Part shown: piece by piece, positions 13,201-25,600 of the stretch
Position numbering within the stretch: position 1 is the stretch's first letter
Layout of the letters: the number at the start of each line of letters is the position of its first letter
Assembly (NCBI RefSeq): GCF_000002075.1
Contig: NW_004797351.1
Coordinates: 1,263,199 to 1,327,198 of the forward strand
Direction of reading: 5' to 3'
Source of the DNA: Aplysia californica
Taxonomy: Eukaryota
DNA: 64,000 nucleotides
The notes under the pieces: generated by a model
Databases searched by the model: none
Told to the model about the DNA's origin: nothing
What the model saw: only the letters and a program-made list of their open reading frames with translations
Translations under genes and position numbers: made by a program

Positions 13201-14568
13201 TCGGATTCAACGAGGTCGCTTCCATCCAGGGTGAACAGCCCATGCAGACGTGGCTTCGCTCATTTTTCTCCCAGAACGAACTTTATCTATTCCCGGAAAC
13301 CATCCATTGCACCTGCATCATGAACCATTATTCACTTAGCCAATTGCATGCGACCAATCAGCAGCCTTCTTTAATACCAACACAATGTTGTTGGCTCGCG
13401 CACCTGTCTACCCTAGGTCTAGCGTGTGTCCGGGTCGGATGGGCGGCTTGCACACGTGTGACTGTGTGTGCATGTCGGGGGGGGGCACCAGCGGTTCGGA
13501 GGTGGAACGTCGCAGAGATACAAACGAGTCACAGTCATCCCCCCCCCCCTCTGGCAACTGATCAATATTACAATGATAAGCTAGTCTTGACATAGATCTA
13601 CGTAATGAATTATGCGCTGGTCTATGGAATGAAAAGTTGCCGCATGCTAGGCTCAACACAGCAGCTCAACTTTTTGGCAAACAATCGAGACGACACAGGC
13701 GTGCATTTGAACTGATTGGTCTTTTTTTGGGCACAGTTAATAATATGCAGGCATTTCAGGAAGCACCAATTGTTACTTCTCTTTATAAATTACTTGCTCA
13801 GTGCCTGTAATTATCTAGATCTACACAAAACCTTATGTTTGCTATGCGAACACTCGGATTCAACGAGATTTTAATTTAGGCCTGGCGACCTCGTTGAATC
13901 CGAGTTCCACTGTACTAACATTATTTCATTAAATAGCTTTCAGTTAAGGCTATTATTTTTAAAAAACATACTACTCTGGCAAGTGAATTCCTTTCTCAAT
14001 TTACAATATATATTTACACTTGTCTAGGGTTTTGGTGAAGATATGCGTGCATACTCTCAACTCAAGATTTAAAAAAATGAAACAATAACAATCCCCGTGG
14101 GAGCCTAGACAAATCGGCCAGCACTCTGGGGCAGGTCACGAATGGTCACTCTCTTACAATTCACAAATTATTTTCTATCATCCGTTCTCAACACTCATGT
14201 AGACCTAAAAATCCATATATATGGCTTTATTTTCATTCCAGTTACCGTGTACGTAGATACTGAGACAAGGAGCCCGGTTATCGTGTACGTAGATACAGAG
14301 TCTGGGTAAGACTAGGTGTCTGGTTACCGTGTACATAGATACTGAGACTAGGTGCCTGGTTACCATGTACGTAGACACTCCATTAAAAACCCCCCACAAT
14401 CTTCATATGTTTACATGGCAAATTATAAATTGGAACAGGAAGACAATAAAAAGCATGAGGAGATACTACTCTAGATCTACATAACATGATAAAAACCTGA
14501 AACGTCCTCTGCGTTTGCTGTATCACGCCAACGCCCCATATGTGAATAGAATCCGACAACCCCTGCAT
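2623..14568 (-). CDS. G6PC: Glucose-6-phosphatase catalytic subunit (PAP2 superfamily, G6PC1/2/3-like), 7 coding exons, ~335 aa
   Basis: Coding exons on the minus strand: 14568-14497 (MQGLSDSIHIWGVGVIQQTQRTFQ), 10426-10269 (GQSQLMLLLSHFGDPRFAF...EWLNAVCKW), 9243-~9144 (ILCGERPYWWVHE...YSITCE; 3' end lost in an N gap), 7766-7682 (SPSGHAMITSAVWY), 6279-6161 (VSRLFIATHFPHQVIAG), 5189-4947 and 2843-2623 (TGA). All visible junctions are GT-AG and phase-compatible. The phosphatase signature K-X6-RP / PSGH / SR-X5-H-X3-Q is intact. The specific vertebrate paralogue cannot be assigned. Confidence 0.93.
3060..4130. mobile_element. piggyBac-like non-autonomous element, 1071 bp, TTAA TSD, in the last G6PC intron
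   Basis: TTAA|CCCTAACTCTGGCAAG ... CTTGCCAGAGTTAGGG|TTAA, a perfect 16-bp TIR with CCC...GGG termini. Confidence 0.88.
4155..4549. mobile_element. Degenerate copy of the TIR family seen at 42790-43227
   Basis: The right end TTGACGAGCGCCTGATTCCACCACGATGCCTCACATAT closely matches 43191-43227. The left end (cgtggtgaaatcaggcgc) is degenerate. Confidence 0.55.
7158..7217. repeat. (TG)n microsatellite. Other simple repeats: (TA)n ~185-243; (GA)n 15900-15983 and 18123-18195; (CAT)n 26185-26277; (CT)n 29040-29089 and 33529-33579; (CA)n 37456-37540 and 50825-50894; (TAG)n 41685-41735; (GAT)n 43760-43800
   Basis: Read directly from the sequence. Confidence 0.95.
7392..7509. mobile_element. Tiny TIR element (TTAA-CACTTTGCC family; related copy at ~24068-24150)
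   Basis: TTAACACTTTGCCCCCATG ... CATGGGGGGAAAGTGT. The copy at 24064-24154 has TTAA|CACTTTGCC ... GGCAAAGTG|TTAA. Confidence 0.55.
10631..11930 (-). mobile_element. RTE-clade LINE, 5'-truncated and decayed (RT and C-terminal fragments), in G6PC intron 1
   Basis: Fragmented ORFs carry NFIDYEKVFDKVDR, DFPDDLALLSHT, FTYLGS and FNSNVKSVLLCGCDTW. The 3' end ...CCAGGGGTGAAAGGCATTGAT is shared with the copy at 34660-36270. Confidence 0.9.
12585..12697. repeat. Tandem array of ~25-bp palindromes TATTCTCACC-n-GGTGAGAATA, 33-bp period, 3.5 copies
   Basis: Copies start at 12585, 12618 and 12651, with a half copy at 12686. The same motif occurs at 53325-53341, 53735-53751 and 53766-53790. Confidence 0.8.
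13080..13912. mobile_element. Tigger/pogo-like MITE with internal CTCGGATTCAACGAG repeats, nested in the 12189-14381 element
   Basis: CAGTGGAACTCAGATTCAACGAG ... CTCGTTGAATCCGAGTTCCACTG|TA. The motif recurs at ~13105, 13170, 13200 and 13853. Confidence 0.85.
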
Positions 14569-15153
14569 TTCAATCAATCAAAGATCTGAAATAACAATAC
14601 AATGTCAATACGACGGATCCGATAACAATACGCCCCAAAGAGGTAGAAAAAGTCAGCTGTTGAATGCTGAATTTCGTTCTGAAATTTTTTAAACTACGAA
14701 ATTCACTGTAAAGAACTCGGGGCCATTAATTTTAACTCAAACTGAAGAGATGCAGTTTAGATCAAGATCTATTCTTTATACACTCTACTGTTGACCGAGC
14801 TGAGCCATTGAATATTATTGTGATGTGGAAAGTTGAAGAAACTGAAAGTAGTGTAGTTTGCTTGAATCTAGTTTAGCAGTTCAGAATGAGAGACTCCAAA
14901 AATTCGAGTGACCACCATTTTGAGGCGTTAAAAAAACAAAACAATATATTATTTCTATATTTGGCCACAAAAATAAAGTAAACATTTTGTTACATACAAA
15001 ATGAAAATCCACAACAATTTAAATATTTATAAAATATTTTTCCACTTTGTGTTTTGTCCAGTTGATTATTTTTAGCAATAATAATTTCCTTTTGCTTGTG
15101 CTAATAACTGTTTTTATATTGCCGTTGTCTATGGTAACATCACTACCAACAAG
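14569..15153. promoter_or_regulatory. Putative bidirectional promoter shared by G6PC (-) and SPAG16 (+)
   Basis: The two start codons point away from each other and are only ~585 bp apart. Confidence 0.65.
15124..15138 (+). promoter_or_regulatory. RFX X-box motif (GTTGTCTATGGTAAC) immediately upstream of the SPAG16 ATG
   Basis: It matches the X-box consensus GTNRCC-N0-3-RGYAAC with one mismatch and lies 15 bp before the start codon of a ciliary gene. RFX control of ciliary genes is established. The ATG context AAGATGGCGG is also YY1-like. Confidence 0.7.
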
Positions 15154-15919
15154 ATGGCGGGGAACGTCGACACAGACAAGTATTATGTTGAAAGTATCCT
15201 TTCCAATCTCTATGATGAAATTAATATTCTATGGACATGAAATATAAGTTAATTATTGCTATAAATGTACATTTATTCCGTTTTGTGTCTTGCATGCAAA
15301 CCAAATATTCATAATTCTATTCTAGATTCTAGATCTAGATATCTAGATCTAGTAGATCTAGATCTAGAGATCTAGATTCTAGATCTAATCATGACTGATT
15401 GGATGTGTTGACAAATCAATTTAATGAGTATGAGCCTTATGAGGGACAGCACGAATGACTTGGATTATGATGAATTCAGAATGGTACAAAGAGTAGACCT
15501 ACCGTGCGATAAATGTGTTTGTTTTTCAGTACTCTGGAGGACCATTAGTGGCATGCTGTCACTGGATTTTCAAAGTTTTCTTTTATGGAAAATAGTCGAG
15601 TCATAGAGTTTGATTAATACGTGCGTCATCTTTCGCTGTGGAGATACGTACTGTGGACTTTTAAGCTTTTGCACATGTCTTCAGTGTGAGTGACTATTAT
15701 TCAGAATCGGCTCTTTGGGTTTAGGCAATATTTTTTGTTTAGTAATTTTAAATGGTCTATAAATTGTTACTGCTCCATCAAATTTCCAGTACATTTAATT
15801 CAAAGAACTCTTTGTGCAAATGCACTTTAATTGACTAGGGTATGTTATAATTGTTAAATACCGAGATTGACTGACAACACAGACAAAGCCTGGGCGAAAG
15901 AGAGAGAGACGGAGAGAGA

Positions 15920-15988
<69 letters not shown>

Positions 15989-18118
15989 GGGGGGGGGGGT
16001 GCGGAATTATAGATGGACAGGTGAAGAGGATTGATTAGCTAGCTAGGTTTTCCACTTCTTTAAGTTGTTTGTTTGTACAGTACATGTATTTTTGGACTGG
16101 GTCATTGGTAATCCAAACTATTGTTTGTCGTTGTGAACAGAGTTATTCCACCATGAATGTAAGTTGATCCTTTGAGTTGTATAGTATAATAAATTTATAT
16201 ACAGCTGCTATTTAAATTAAGTTGACACTTTCAAATATGAAGAGGTTCATTTTATTACTTGAATTGTATTTCATTTCATTTGTGGAATAGATATTGCTTT
16301 GATTCCTTAACATTAAACTCACAGAGGAGGAGATTGCTGTAGACTCAGATGATGAGTTCGTTTATGAGGAGGTCCCAGTTGATGATGATCCAGTTCCTCC
16401 AGGTGAAATCAACTTTAACCTAAACCGTGTTTTAAAAAAAATCCATAGAATCTCTCCATTGTCTCATTTGTTTCAGCATTCACTTTTTAGTGTGATTATA
16501 GTTAGGCCTATCAGTCCATAGCAGCCCATAGAAGCTTACATAATACAGTGAAAGAAATGTACACAAAAGGCACTACCACTGACAATTTTACAAACAAGTT
16601 GTATAAGTTGTTCTAGAAACAAGTATTGAAATATTCAGAATTGGAAAAATACCTTTTTATTCACCTATCACCTACGTATTGTTCCACAATTATGATTGAC
16701 AAAGGATATTTGCAGGGTACTTACTATAGAAAGTTAGCTTCACGAGGAGCTGCACCTCGTATACGTAACAGGTTGGACAGTGGTCATTTTGAGATTTAAT
16801 TAACACTGGTTCAAATTACCAGTCTTCACATATGGCAGAGTAACACACGTCATAGGTTTTACTGAAAGATCAATATGCAGAACTCAAAAGGATTGTTTTG
16901 AGATGCAATGGGTCTTACATAAAGGGTGAACAAATAGCATCTGAGGGTGTACTGTACAGTATAATAGTATCTGCCTTTATGAGCCATGATCGATAAAGGC
17001 AAACATAACTATGAGCATATACCCAGTGGGCAATGGTCTTCACACTTCATAATTTCTGAAACAAAATATCTTTGAAGCATATACTGCCAATTCTTGTTAC
17101 ATTTTGTAACCTTGCAGCTTATAAATGACCAAATCTGCCATTAAAAAAAAATCATTAATGGGCATAACGTCTTTTTCATTGCTTTCCATTTTAACACAGA
17201 GTTAGAGGAAGATCTAGATGCTGCCGTCAGGACTCTGAGGGAAGCAAATGAAGATGCTGATGCGAGGGTAAGTATGCTACATTTCAATTAACTTTTATGT
17301 TATCGATTGAATTTGTGCAAATTGCTCTGAAATAGAAAAAAGAAGGATTAAAAGACAGGATGATAAATGAGAGGTACACATTCTGTTGAAAAACTGTTAG
17401 AAAATGGAAATGAATTACTTAAAAAAAACATAGAAACAAATCTTGGAATGTGAGAGATGAGGGGGACAGACGTGGAAGTATCCACTTTAACTTACTTGCA
17501 CCACTTCCCATTTATTTACGGGACCGATTGATATCTCTGGTGCTTTCGGGTCAAGCCACAGGAAGACATGAGCCAGTAGTTGACCCTCTTATTTTGTTTT
17601 ATGGCAAGCTTGGTGAAGTTATACAAGACACTTCTTGAGCTATTTCGAACTAAGGGAGTCATCACCAAATCGCAATTAATAGAAGCTCTGTGAACAGTAG
17701 CAAATGTCATGGTCTTTTAAGAGTGGAGATAGCGTCTAAAAGACATAAATAGAACATGCCTAAATCCTTCAAATGGTCTGACAGTGAACTAGAAGGCTAT
17801 AATTCTCACAATGTCCCACAAAACATACCAGAAGCTGAGTCTATGGGTTGAGGCTGTATTTAAGACAATGAAAGTTGAAGTCGGGGTTGGGTGAAAGTAG
17901 GAATTAGAATAGCTTTTTCTTCTACCAAGTCTAGTTCGAGTGACAGTAAACATAATATAAATCTAGTAGTTCTAGTTGTGGGAACAGTTGCAGTAAATCT
18001 ATTACTCACAGATGTAACAATACACATAGGGAGAAATGGACAGAGTATCTCAGTGATGATATCAGACACAGAGCTAAAGCAACGGCCTAGGATTATGTCA
18101 GGCTCAAGTGAGTTAGTA

Positions 18119-18198
<80 letters not shown>

Positions 18199-21100
18199 AT
18201 AGGGGAAAGGGAAGCTTTTAGTATACTGGACACATTTTTTAACCCTGTCGTAATTGTTAATTTCAGCTTCAGAGGGAGCCTCCCCCAAAGCCAGCTGTGG
18301 TTCAGAAGCCAGAAGTTGTTGACGACTTTGTTCGCAATTTCCTGATTCATATGGGCTTGGGACGTACTCTTGACTGTTTCCAAACGGAATGGTAAGTAAG
18401 AATCAGTACATCGTGACGGTAACAATGATGAAGTCGCGCATAGCAATTTTTTCTCAAAAGTTACTTGTACTCTAGTAAGCCTTGAACAAAGATGACCTGT
18501 TCTAAAAAGTAAAATATAGCAACGTTCTCCTTCTTTGTACTTTAAGTGTTTGTTTTGATTCATCAGTAGACTTTGTGATGAGATAGGTTGTTAGTCTTTT
18601 GTAAAGTTTTCTTGAAATGAATACTGAAAACCATGTTCAGAAAGAAAGTATAAAAACATATAAATGCTGCCAGATGTCTTTGGGTTTTTTTTTAAAGAAG
18701 AGCCTGATGTGAATGGAATGATGGCATTTTCAGTCATTCCACTGACAAGGTATTTTCAGCAGTTGAACAAAAATAAATTATTGCTATCAGTCGACAGATA
18801 GCTTTCTATGCTTTTTGATGGTTATAGCATCTTTTATGCTGTTCACCTTCCCCTCTTTTTCTTTTTCCGTCATTGACCAGGTATGAACTACAGGAAAAAG
18901 GTTTACTGAAATACAATGAAATTGGAACTGTCCCAGATGTGTACACTCGTAACCAGGAAATGGAGAATGAAATTGAGTTCTTGCGGAAGGAAGCAAGCAA
19001 ATACAAAAATGNNNNNNNNNNNNNNNNNNNNNNNNNNNNNNNNNNNNNNNNNNNNNNNNNNNNNNNNNNNNNNNNNNNNNNNNNNNNNNNNNNNNNNNNN
19101 NNNNNNNNNNNNNNNNNNNNNNNNNNNNNNNNNNNNNNNNNNNNNNNNNNNNNNNNNNNNNNNNNNNNNNNNNNNNNNNNNNNNNNNNNNNNNNNNNNNN
19201 NNNNNNNNNNNNNNNNNNNTAGAATGAAATTATGTTTGCTTGTGATTGAGTGTGTATGTGTGTTTGTGTGAGTCTTTCTGTTACATGGCCTAATGATATC
19301 TGGTTTTGAGTCTTTCAATGTCTTTTTTTTTCAGAGGAATAACTATTAGTTGATGGTGGAGGTGTTTTTACCCCATAGTATCAATAGATTGTTACAGTCA
19401 TGAGTAAAAAAAATCAAATCTGCACTTAATACAATCAAAATCAAAGGTACATTGAAAGAAGAAAAAGACATGTTTTTCTTCAGCATTTTAAAAAAGAAAT
19501 CTACAGACCCACCTACATATCATCTTTTCTTGTGTTATATGAGTTTTCAAATTTACAGTGTCAAAATTATATCCTGTGACATCCACTATGCCATACGAGA
19601 TAAAAAGCCCTTTTTATAGCCCCTAAATATATATATTTCAAAACAAATCCTTATTTATGAGAATTGCTTATCAGGCATATATGTTGTTCTTGTCTTTCAT
19701 TCATGGCAGGAAAGCAAAGGAAACTTATGTGAAGTTGAGGAAAGAGAGAGATTTCCACCGCATGCATCACAAGCGTGTTGTGCAAGAGAAGAACAAACTT
19801 ATTGACGACATCAAGAGGTAAGGTTTAGCTCAACTTCATTTGAAGTACGTTAAATACTTACTCTACATGTATTTGTCACCTTTTATATAGCTGATCATTT
19901 GGTGGCTGTCATGTGCTTAACTTCATAACCTGAGCAATTGAAATCTTTAGCTGTCGTGACATGCTTTGAGAAGAAAATGATGTATAAAGTCAAAACCAGA
20001 AATTGTTTTAACTCAACGTTTTCTTGAAAAACAATAGATTGTGGCAAATAATACTTATAAAATTTCAAAGAAAGACTGTACCTACTAAAAAAATTCCCAA
20101 TATATCATCTCATAAATTAAAATGAAACAACCCAAGAAAAAAAAAGTCTCAATATGTTATGTATAATTTAGTACCACTGTGGATGGATGGGTGGCGAAAG
20201 TGTCAGGAGTGGAGGGCGGGAGACTTTTCTAAATCATCATGATCCTGTGATCTGATAACTGGTCAGTCATCAAAATTTTCATTAATGAACGTTCTGATAC
20301 AAATTGATCCTCTGACCTAATCAGTTAATCCTGTAAATTTTCATTAACCCACGCTCTGGAACATCATGATCTTGTGACTTTGTAAGTCAGTCAATCATGA
20401 GCTCATTTATTCTTTCAAAGGTTGAAGCATCATGGTTCTGAGGCCTAATAAATTGTCTGTGGTTAGGCACTCAGACTTGCAACTGTAAGGTTGTGGGTTC
20501 AAATCTTGTTAGGGGCCTGATGTTGTGTCTTTGGGAAAGGCACTTAACATGAATTTTTGTCATTTTACCCTAACGGGAATGGGTACTGATCAGCTATAGA
20601 CGGCAAAAGATCTTGTCAGTTTACTAGTGTTTTAGCATGTGTAATCCGCAGCTTGTACTGTATGCTTCTCAAGAAACCTAGAATGTTTCTGAGTGTTCTT
20701 GTAGGGTCTGCTGCGGTAATAATAGTTGTTAAGTGCATAGAGCATGCTGTAGAGTGTAAATATGTGCTATGTGAATGCGATCATCATATTATTATAAATC
20801 AGTTGGTCATCAAATCTCTATTCCATTCACAGGCTGAAGCGTCACTACTCTCAGTACGCTCCCAACATGGAGGCTCTCAAAGCTCGCTATGAAGCTGCCA
20901 TGAAGGAGAAGATGTTGGCCAACTTGGAGCGTGACAGGGCAGTCGGCCAAGTGAATGGCCTTCAGAGCACCATCAAGAGCATGGAAGGATTCCACGGTAA
21001 TCACATACTGTTATGATTAGAGCTCCTTTTTCCAGTAGGACCTTTGACTATTTATCTATTTTTGACTCCCTCAATGGTGTAGGGATATTTTAAGTGGCAT

Positions 21101-22553
21101 GACTTTTTAATCAGACTTCTATTTCTGATAAGACTTAGCCAAGTAAGCAGACTGTTTGAAAACTCTAGATGTAGCTTAAATTCAGGGAACACCCACAATT
21201 GAAATTATAACCATAATTGTCCAATCCACAGGTAGTGCTAATAAGGAGAATAAGACAGAGGCGAAAGGCCCCACTCAGACAGCTCTTCTCTTGGAGAGAC
21301 AGAAGAAAGCCCTGGGCTCAGACGGAGATGTGGCAGACTTGCCATCCAACTTCAAGCGTTACCCGAATGTGAGTTTTTGTAGATTGCTGTTAACCTTTTT
21401 CGCACCTATGGAGTTACTGATTGATGCACTGAATATGGATCATTAGACTGATTGCAGTGGTGCGAAGGTAAATGGTGAAGTGGATAAAATCTGTCAATGA
21501 ATAGTGATGCTGAAAAGAATTTTTACAGGAAAGCAAGATTTGAAATCTGTTTGAATGTTAATGTTTAAAAGTGACCCTAACAAGTGTGGAAAAGTTTCTG
21601 TAAATCAATTCACATCAGTATAATCGCTTGAATGAAATGAATTTGTATAGGTTTTACACTCTTAGCAACAATGTAAGGTTATTTAAGAGGCAGGACTTCC
21701 GAATTTAATGTCCATCTCAAATAGGACTGAGCAAAATGAGAAAATTTGTGTAAAGTACTATTCCCAAGGACACAACATGGGACGGAGCTGAGTCTCGAAC
21801 CCCTGAACCTGCATTCTCACAATTATGACATTAGTAGCCTTGTCATTTGCCCTCCAATATGCCACTGTATAATTCCTTTGTCTCAAGTGTCTTGGGTTTA
21901 AGGTTGGAGGAAAGGTAGATAAACCATTAGTGTGATATGTCTGGGCTCTTGTAGCCCAAAGCTCACTGCATTTCTCTTTCAGTTATACATTCAGTCAGAT
22001 CTACGCTCATAGTATCTACCAGCCCAATACTTCACCTTCTCAAAGTGTCACTGCCTTTTGCCAGTGCATGAAAGTATGAGTCATTGCATAAGGCTACACC
22101 CTCNNNNNNNNNNNNNNNNNNNNNNNNNNNNNNNNNNNNNNNNNNNNNNNNNNNNNNNNNNNNNNNNNNNNNNNNNNNNNNNNNNNNNNNNNNNNNNNNN
22201 NNNNNNNNNNNNNNNNNNNNNNNNNNNNNNNNNNNNNNNNNNNNNNNNNNNNNNNNNNNNNANNNNNNNNNNNNNNNNNNNNNNNNNNNNNNNNNNNNNN
22301 NNNNNNNNNNNNNNNNNNNNNNNNNNNNNNNNNNNNNNNNNNNNNNNNNNNNNNNNNNNNNNNNNNNNNNNNNNNNNNNNNNNNNNNNNNNNNNNNNNNN
22401 NNNNNNNNNNNNNNNNNNNNNNNNNNNNNNNNNNNNNNNNNNNNNNNNNNNNNNNNNNNNNNNNNNNNNNNNNNNNNNNNNNNNNNNNNNNNNNNNNNNN
22501 NNNNNNNNNNNNNNNNNNNNNNNNNNNNNNNNNNNNNNNNNNNNNNNNNNNNN

Positions 22554-22601
<48 letters not shown>

Positions 22602-25600
22602 TCAGGCATGCTTTCCTCCCCTCCTAACTCCTCTCATAACTTTCCTTACCCTATTCTCATAATTTTTCTTCCCCTCCTCTTGCAATTTCCCTTCAAATCC
22701 TGGTGTAATTTTCCTTCTTGTCTTCTCTGGGACGTACAGGATTCTGAATTCCCTGTGGACAATGGGGTCAACCCGTACCTGAACCAGGTCAAGGCTCCAC
22801 CAGGTCATGTGACCCGCACTGGAGGATTTCGGCTGTCCAACACCTTCAGTGCCCACTCACACCCAATCAGTGGGTAAGTATATCGGTTTACTCATTTAAG
22901 ATAAGAGAGAGATCAGATAATATTCTATTTCCTCAGGGGGAAATTTTTCTTGGCTGTACAGGACCGTAAAAGCACATGCTGGTATACATGGAAATTACAT
23001 TTTATATAACTCTAATTAAAATTCAATATGAAAAGAAAAGTAAACCTGACATATAATGTATTGTATATATCACATCAGAAGCATCATTCTATCACATGCA
23101 GGAATTTATAGCTAAGCTTTTAGAGTTATATTGATACATGTCATTTTTCGAAACTGCAATACACATTAATGTTTATTCCTTGTGTACTGTGTGCACTGGA
23201 GGTTTTTTTTTCATATTATGTTTAAAAAAACTGTTTATTTGACATGAGTTCCGGAGAAATTATTTTCATTATGAAAGCTAGATCTAACAGCAGTGGATGG
23301 ATTCAATTTTGAATATAAAGGTTATTGCATTGCACAAACTGAAAGTGTTTCAACTCCTTTACACATTCTTCAGTTTGAAAGTAAATATGTAGCACTTCGT
23401 AAGACTAAGATCTATTAAAAATTTTTACAAAGGAAAATTTGACAAATAAGTACTTTTTTTTTAAAGCTAGCTTTTGAAAAGCTGATAGAATTGATGAAAC
23501 TTGTACATTCACAATTTTCCACTTTTTCTGCTTTTAGAAATAGAGGTCGCTCTATTTTGTTAATTGTTAGATAAATATGTCGTTTTTTTCTCTAATTTTG
23601 AATATATTACTTTGCTCTCTCTCAACAAGAGACAAAACCCTGTCATTTCAAAGTCACGGAATGTTCACTGCTCATGAAATTCCAATCAGTGGGTGTGTAC
23701 AAAGCTGTACTTTTCATTGGACACTATTTTGTTCTTTCTTTTAATCCATGTCTTTATTTAAACATATTTCTGAGTGTAAAACATGGAGATTTCATACTTA
23801 AAAATAATGAAGGGACAGGTTAATACCCATTACTCTTTGATTGAATTGGAAAAGTTAAAAGCCCTTTCAGAAACATTTTCTGACTGAAATGACTTGGAGT
23901 TTTTTACTTGCTCTATGTTCTGACAAAGAACGTCTAACCTGCCTTCTTCATTACTTTTTCCTTTTCAAGTTGGGTATCAATTGTTATTGCAAAATCTTTG
24001 GGTGTTGTCAGTATGCATTTTTTGTCGCTCAGTTCCATTGTATAAAGGATACTACTTTCGTAGTTTAACACTTTGCCTCCTCAGTTCGCCGATTGGTGAT
24101 GTTTACCACCCAGTTTCTTTGGATTTTCTCCAAAATATGATGGCAAAGTGTTAAGCTTTGGTATAATTATTACAATCCAATAAACATTAAAATGTTCCAG
24201 CTTTCTGAAGTTTTTAATAAGGCAAAAATATTTTTGCTTTTTTTTTCTGAATAAGATGTAATTTCTGGTTTACTTCATGAATGCTTTCTAAATCTTTACA
24301 ATAAGTATGCTGCTGTAAGTGTAAATTGTAAAAATATCTCTATGAGAATGCCCTCTGAAGTCAAGAAAAGTCAATGTCGGATACTCCATTGGTTGAGCTA
24401 AATATTATTGAAAACATGATTCATTAATCATAAAGGAATATTTTTTGTTATGGCCTAATTTTTTTGGGTTTATTTTTGGACTTGATTTTGTTTGGGTCTT
24501 GCGAAGAAAGAAAAAGGAGGTTCAAATACTTTAGAATTAACCGGTAACACAAACTTAATGCCCTCATGAAAATTGTCCTCTCGAAAGATCGTTGGTATCC
24601 TTTCATTATTCGTTTCTGGGTCTTTTTTTTTGGTCTCTCTTCAAAAATTTGAGAGTCAGATGGTCATTAGAGAAATCTGAAAATGAATTTTGAATTTGAA
24701 GCCAAAAAATAGAGATTGTGGCTGTAATTAAGCACATAGCACATTTTCTAATTGGATGGATCACACATAAGTTTAACCCTCTCCGTATGCCCTGGGATCA
24801 TTCTTCACATTTTAGAATACTTCTAGTACGAAGATCTCTTTGAAACTTTCAGTATTTCTCAAAAAATCATTTAAGAAGTTGTGCTTTGTCATGTGTGCTT
24901 TGTTATGTCAAAGACAAATATCTACAATGTTTTTACATTTATTTCTTTCCGTAGCATCTTTATGAGCTTTAACAGTTTTTTCTTTTCGGAGATACCCGTG
25001 CAAACAAGTTTTTTATCAAACACTATTACATGTGGAGTACTATGCCATCTAAGTAAACTCTTTTTTCCTTTTTCCTACTGGTAGGTCCTACTACTTTTCT
25101 TTTCGTCTGTCATTTTTGTCTGTCATTCTGACTCTTTCCCATGCCCATAATAACCATTGCTGTGTCAGTATGCTTTTCTTCACTCTAAAAATTTCTTCCT
25201 CCACTAGTGTTGCCCTTCACCCTCGTAAGCAGATACTAGCAACTTCTAGCGATGACCATACTTGGAAAATGTGGGCGGTGCCTAGTGGGGACATCATCAT
25301 GACAGGAGAGGGGCACTCTGATTGGGTCTCTGACTGTGACTTCCACCCAGCGTAAGTTTTTCAGTGTTAAATTTATTTAAACCAAACCTGAAAGTTGAAA
25401 TGTGTAAAATGCATAACTTTTGCAGAATAGGTAAGTGTAATTGTAGTCAAAGTATAAGGAGAAAATGAGATGAAACAACTTAGGGATCAGGTTAGGTGAC
25501 TATTGGTCTGTTATGAATACTTAATTGNNNNNNNNNNNNNNNNNNNNNNNNNNNNNNNNNNNNNNNNNNNNNNNNNNNNNNNNNNNNNNNNNNNNNNNNN

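Larger units (their letters stand above)
12189..14381. mobile_element. Foldback-like element with inverted arms made of ~35-bp tandem repeats (possibly Merlin-type); contains nested insertions
   Basis: The left arm (12189-12295) has units of GTGTCTACGTACACGGTAACC...GCACCT(T/A)G(C/T)CTCA. The right arm (14240-14381) has the same units in reverse complement. ATTAAAAA lies near both flanks. Confidence 0.55.

Noticed and set aside
17860-18563. ORFs with poly-SL/RE/HT/VC/Q runs (also 7066-7386, 22058-22662, 33329-34140, 50772-50963) and X-filled ORFs
   Set aside because: They are translations of microsatellites or assembly gaps.
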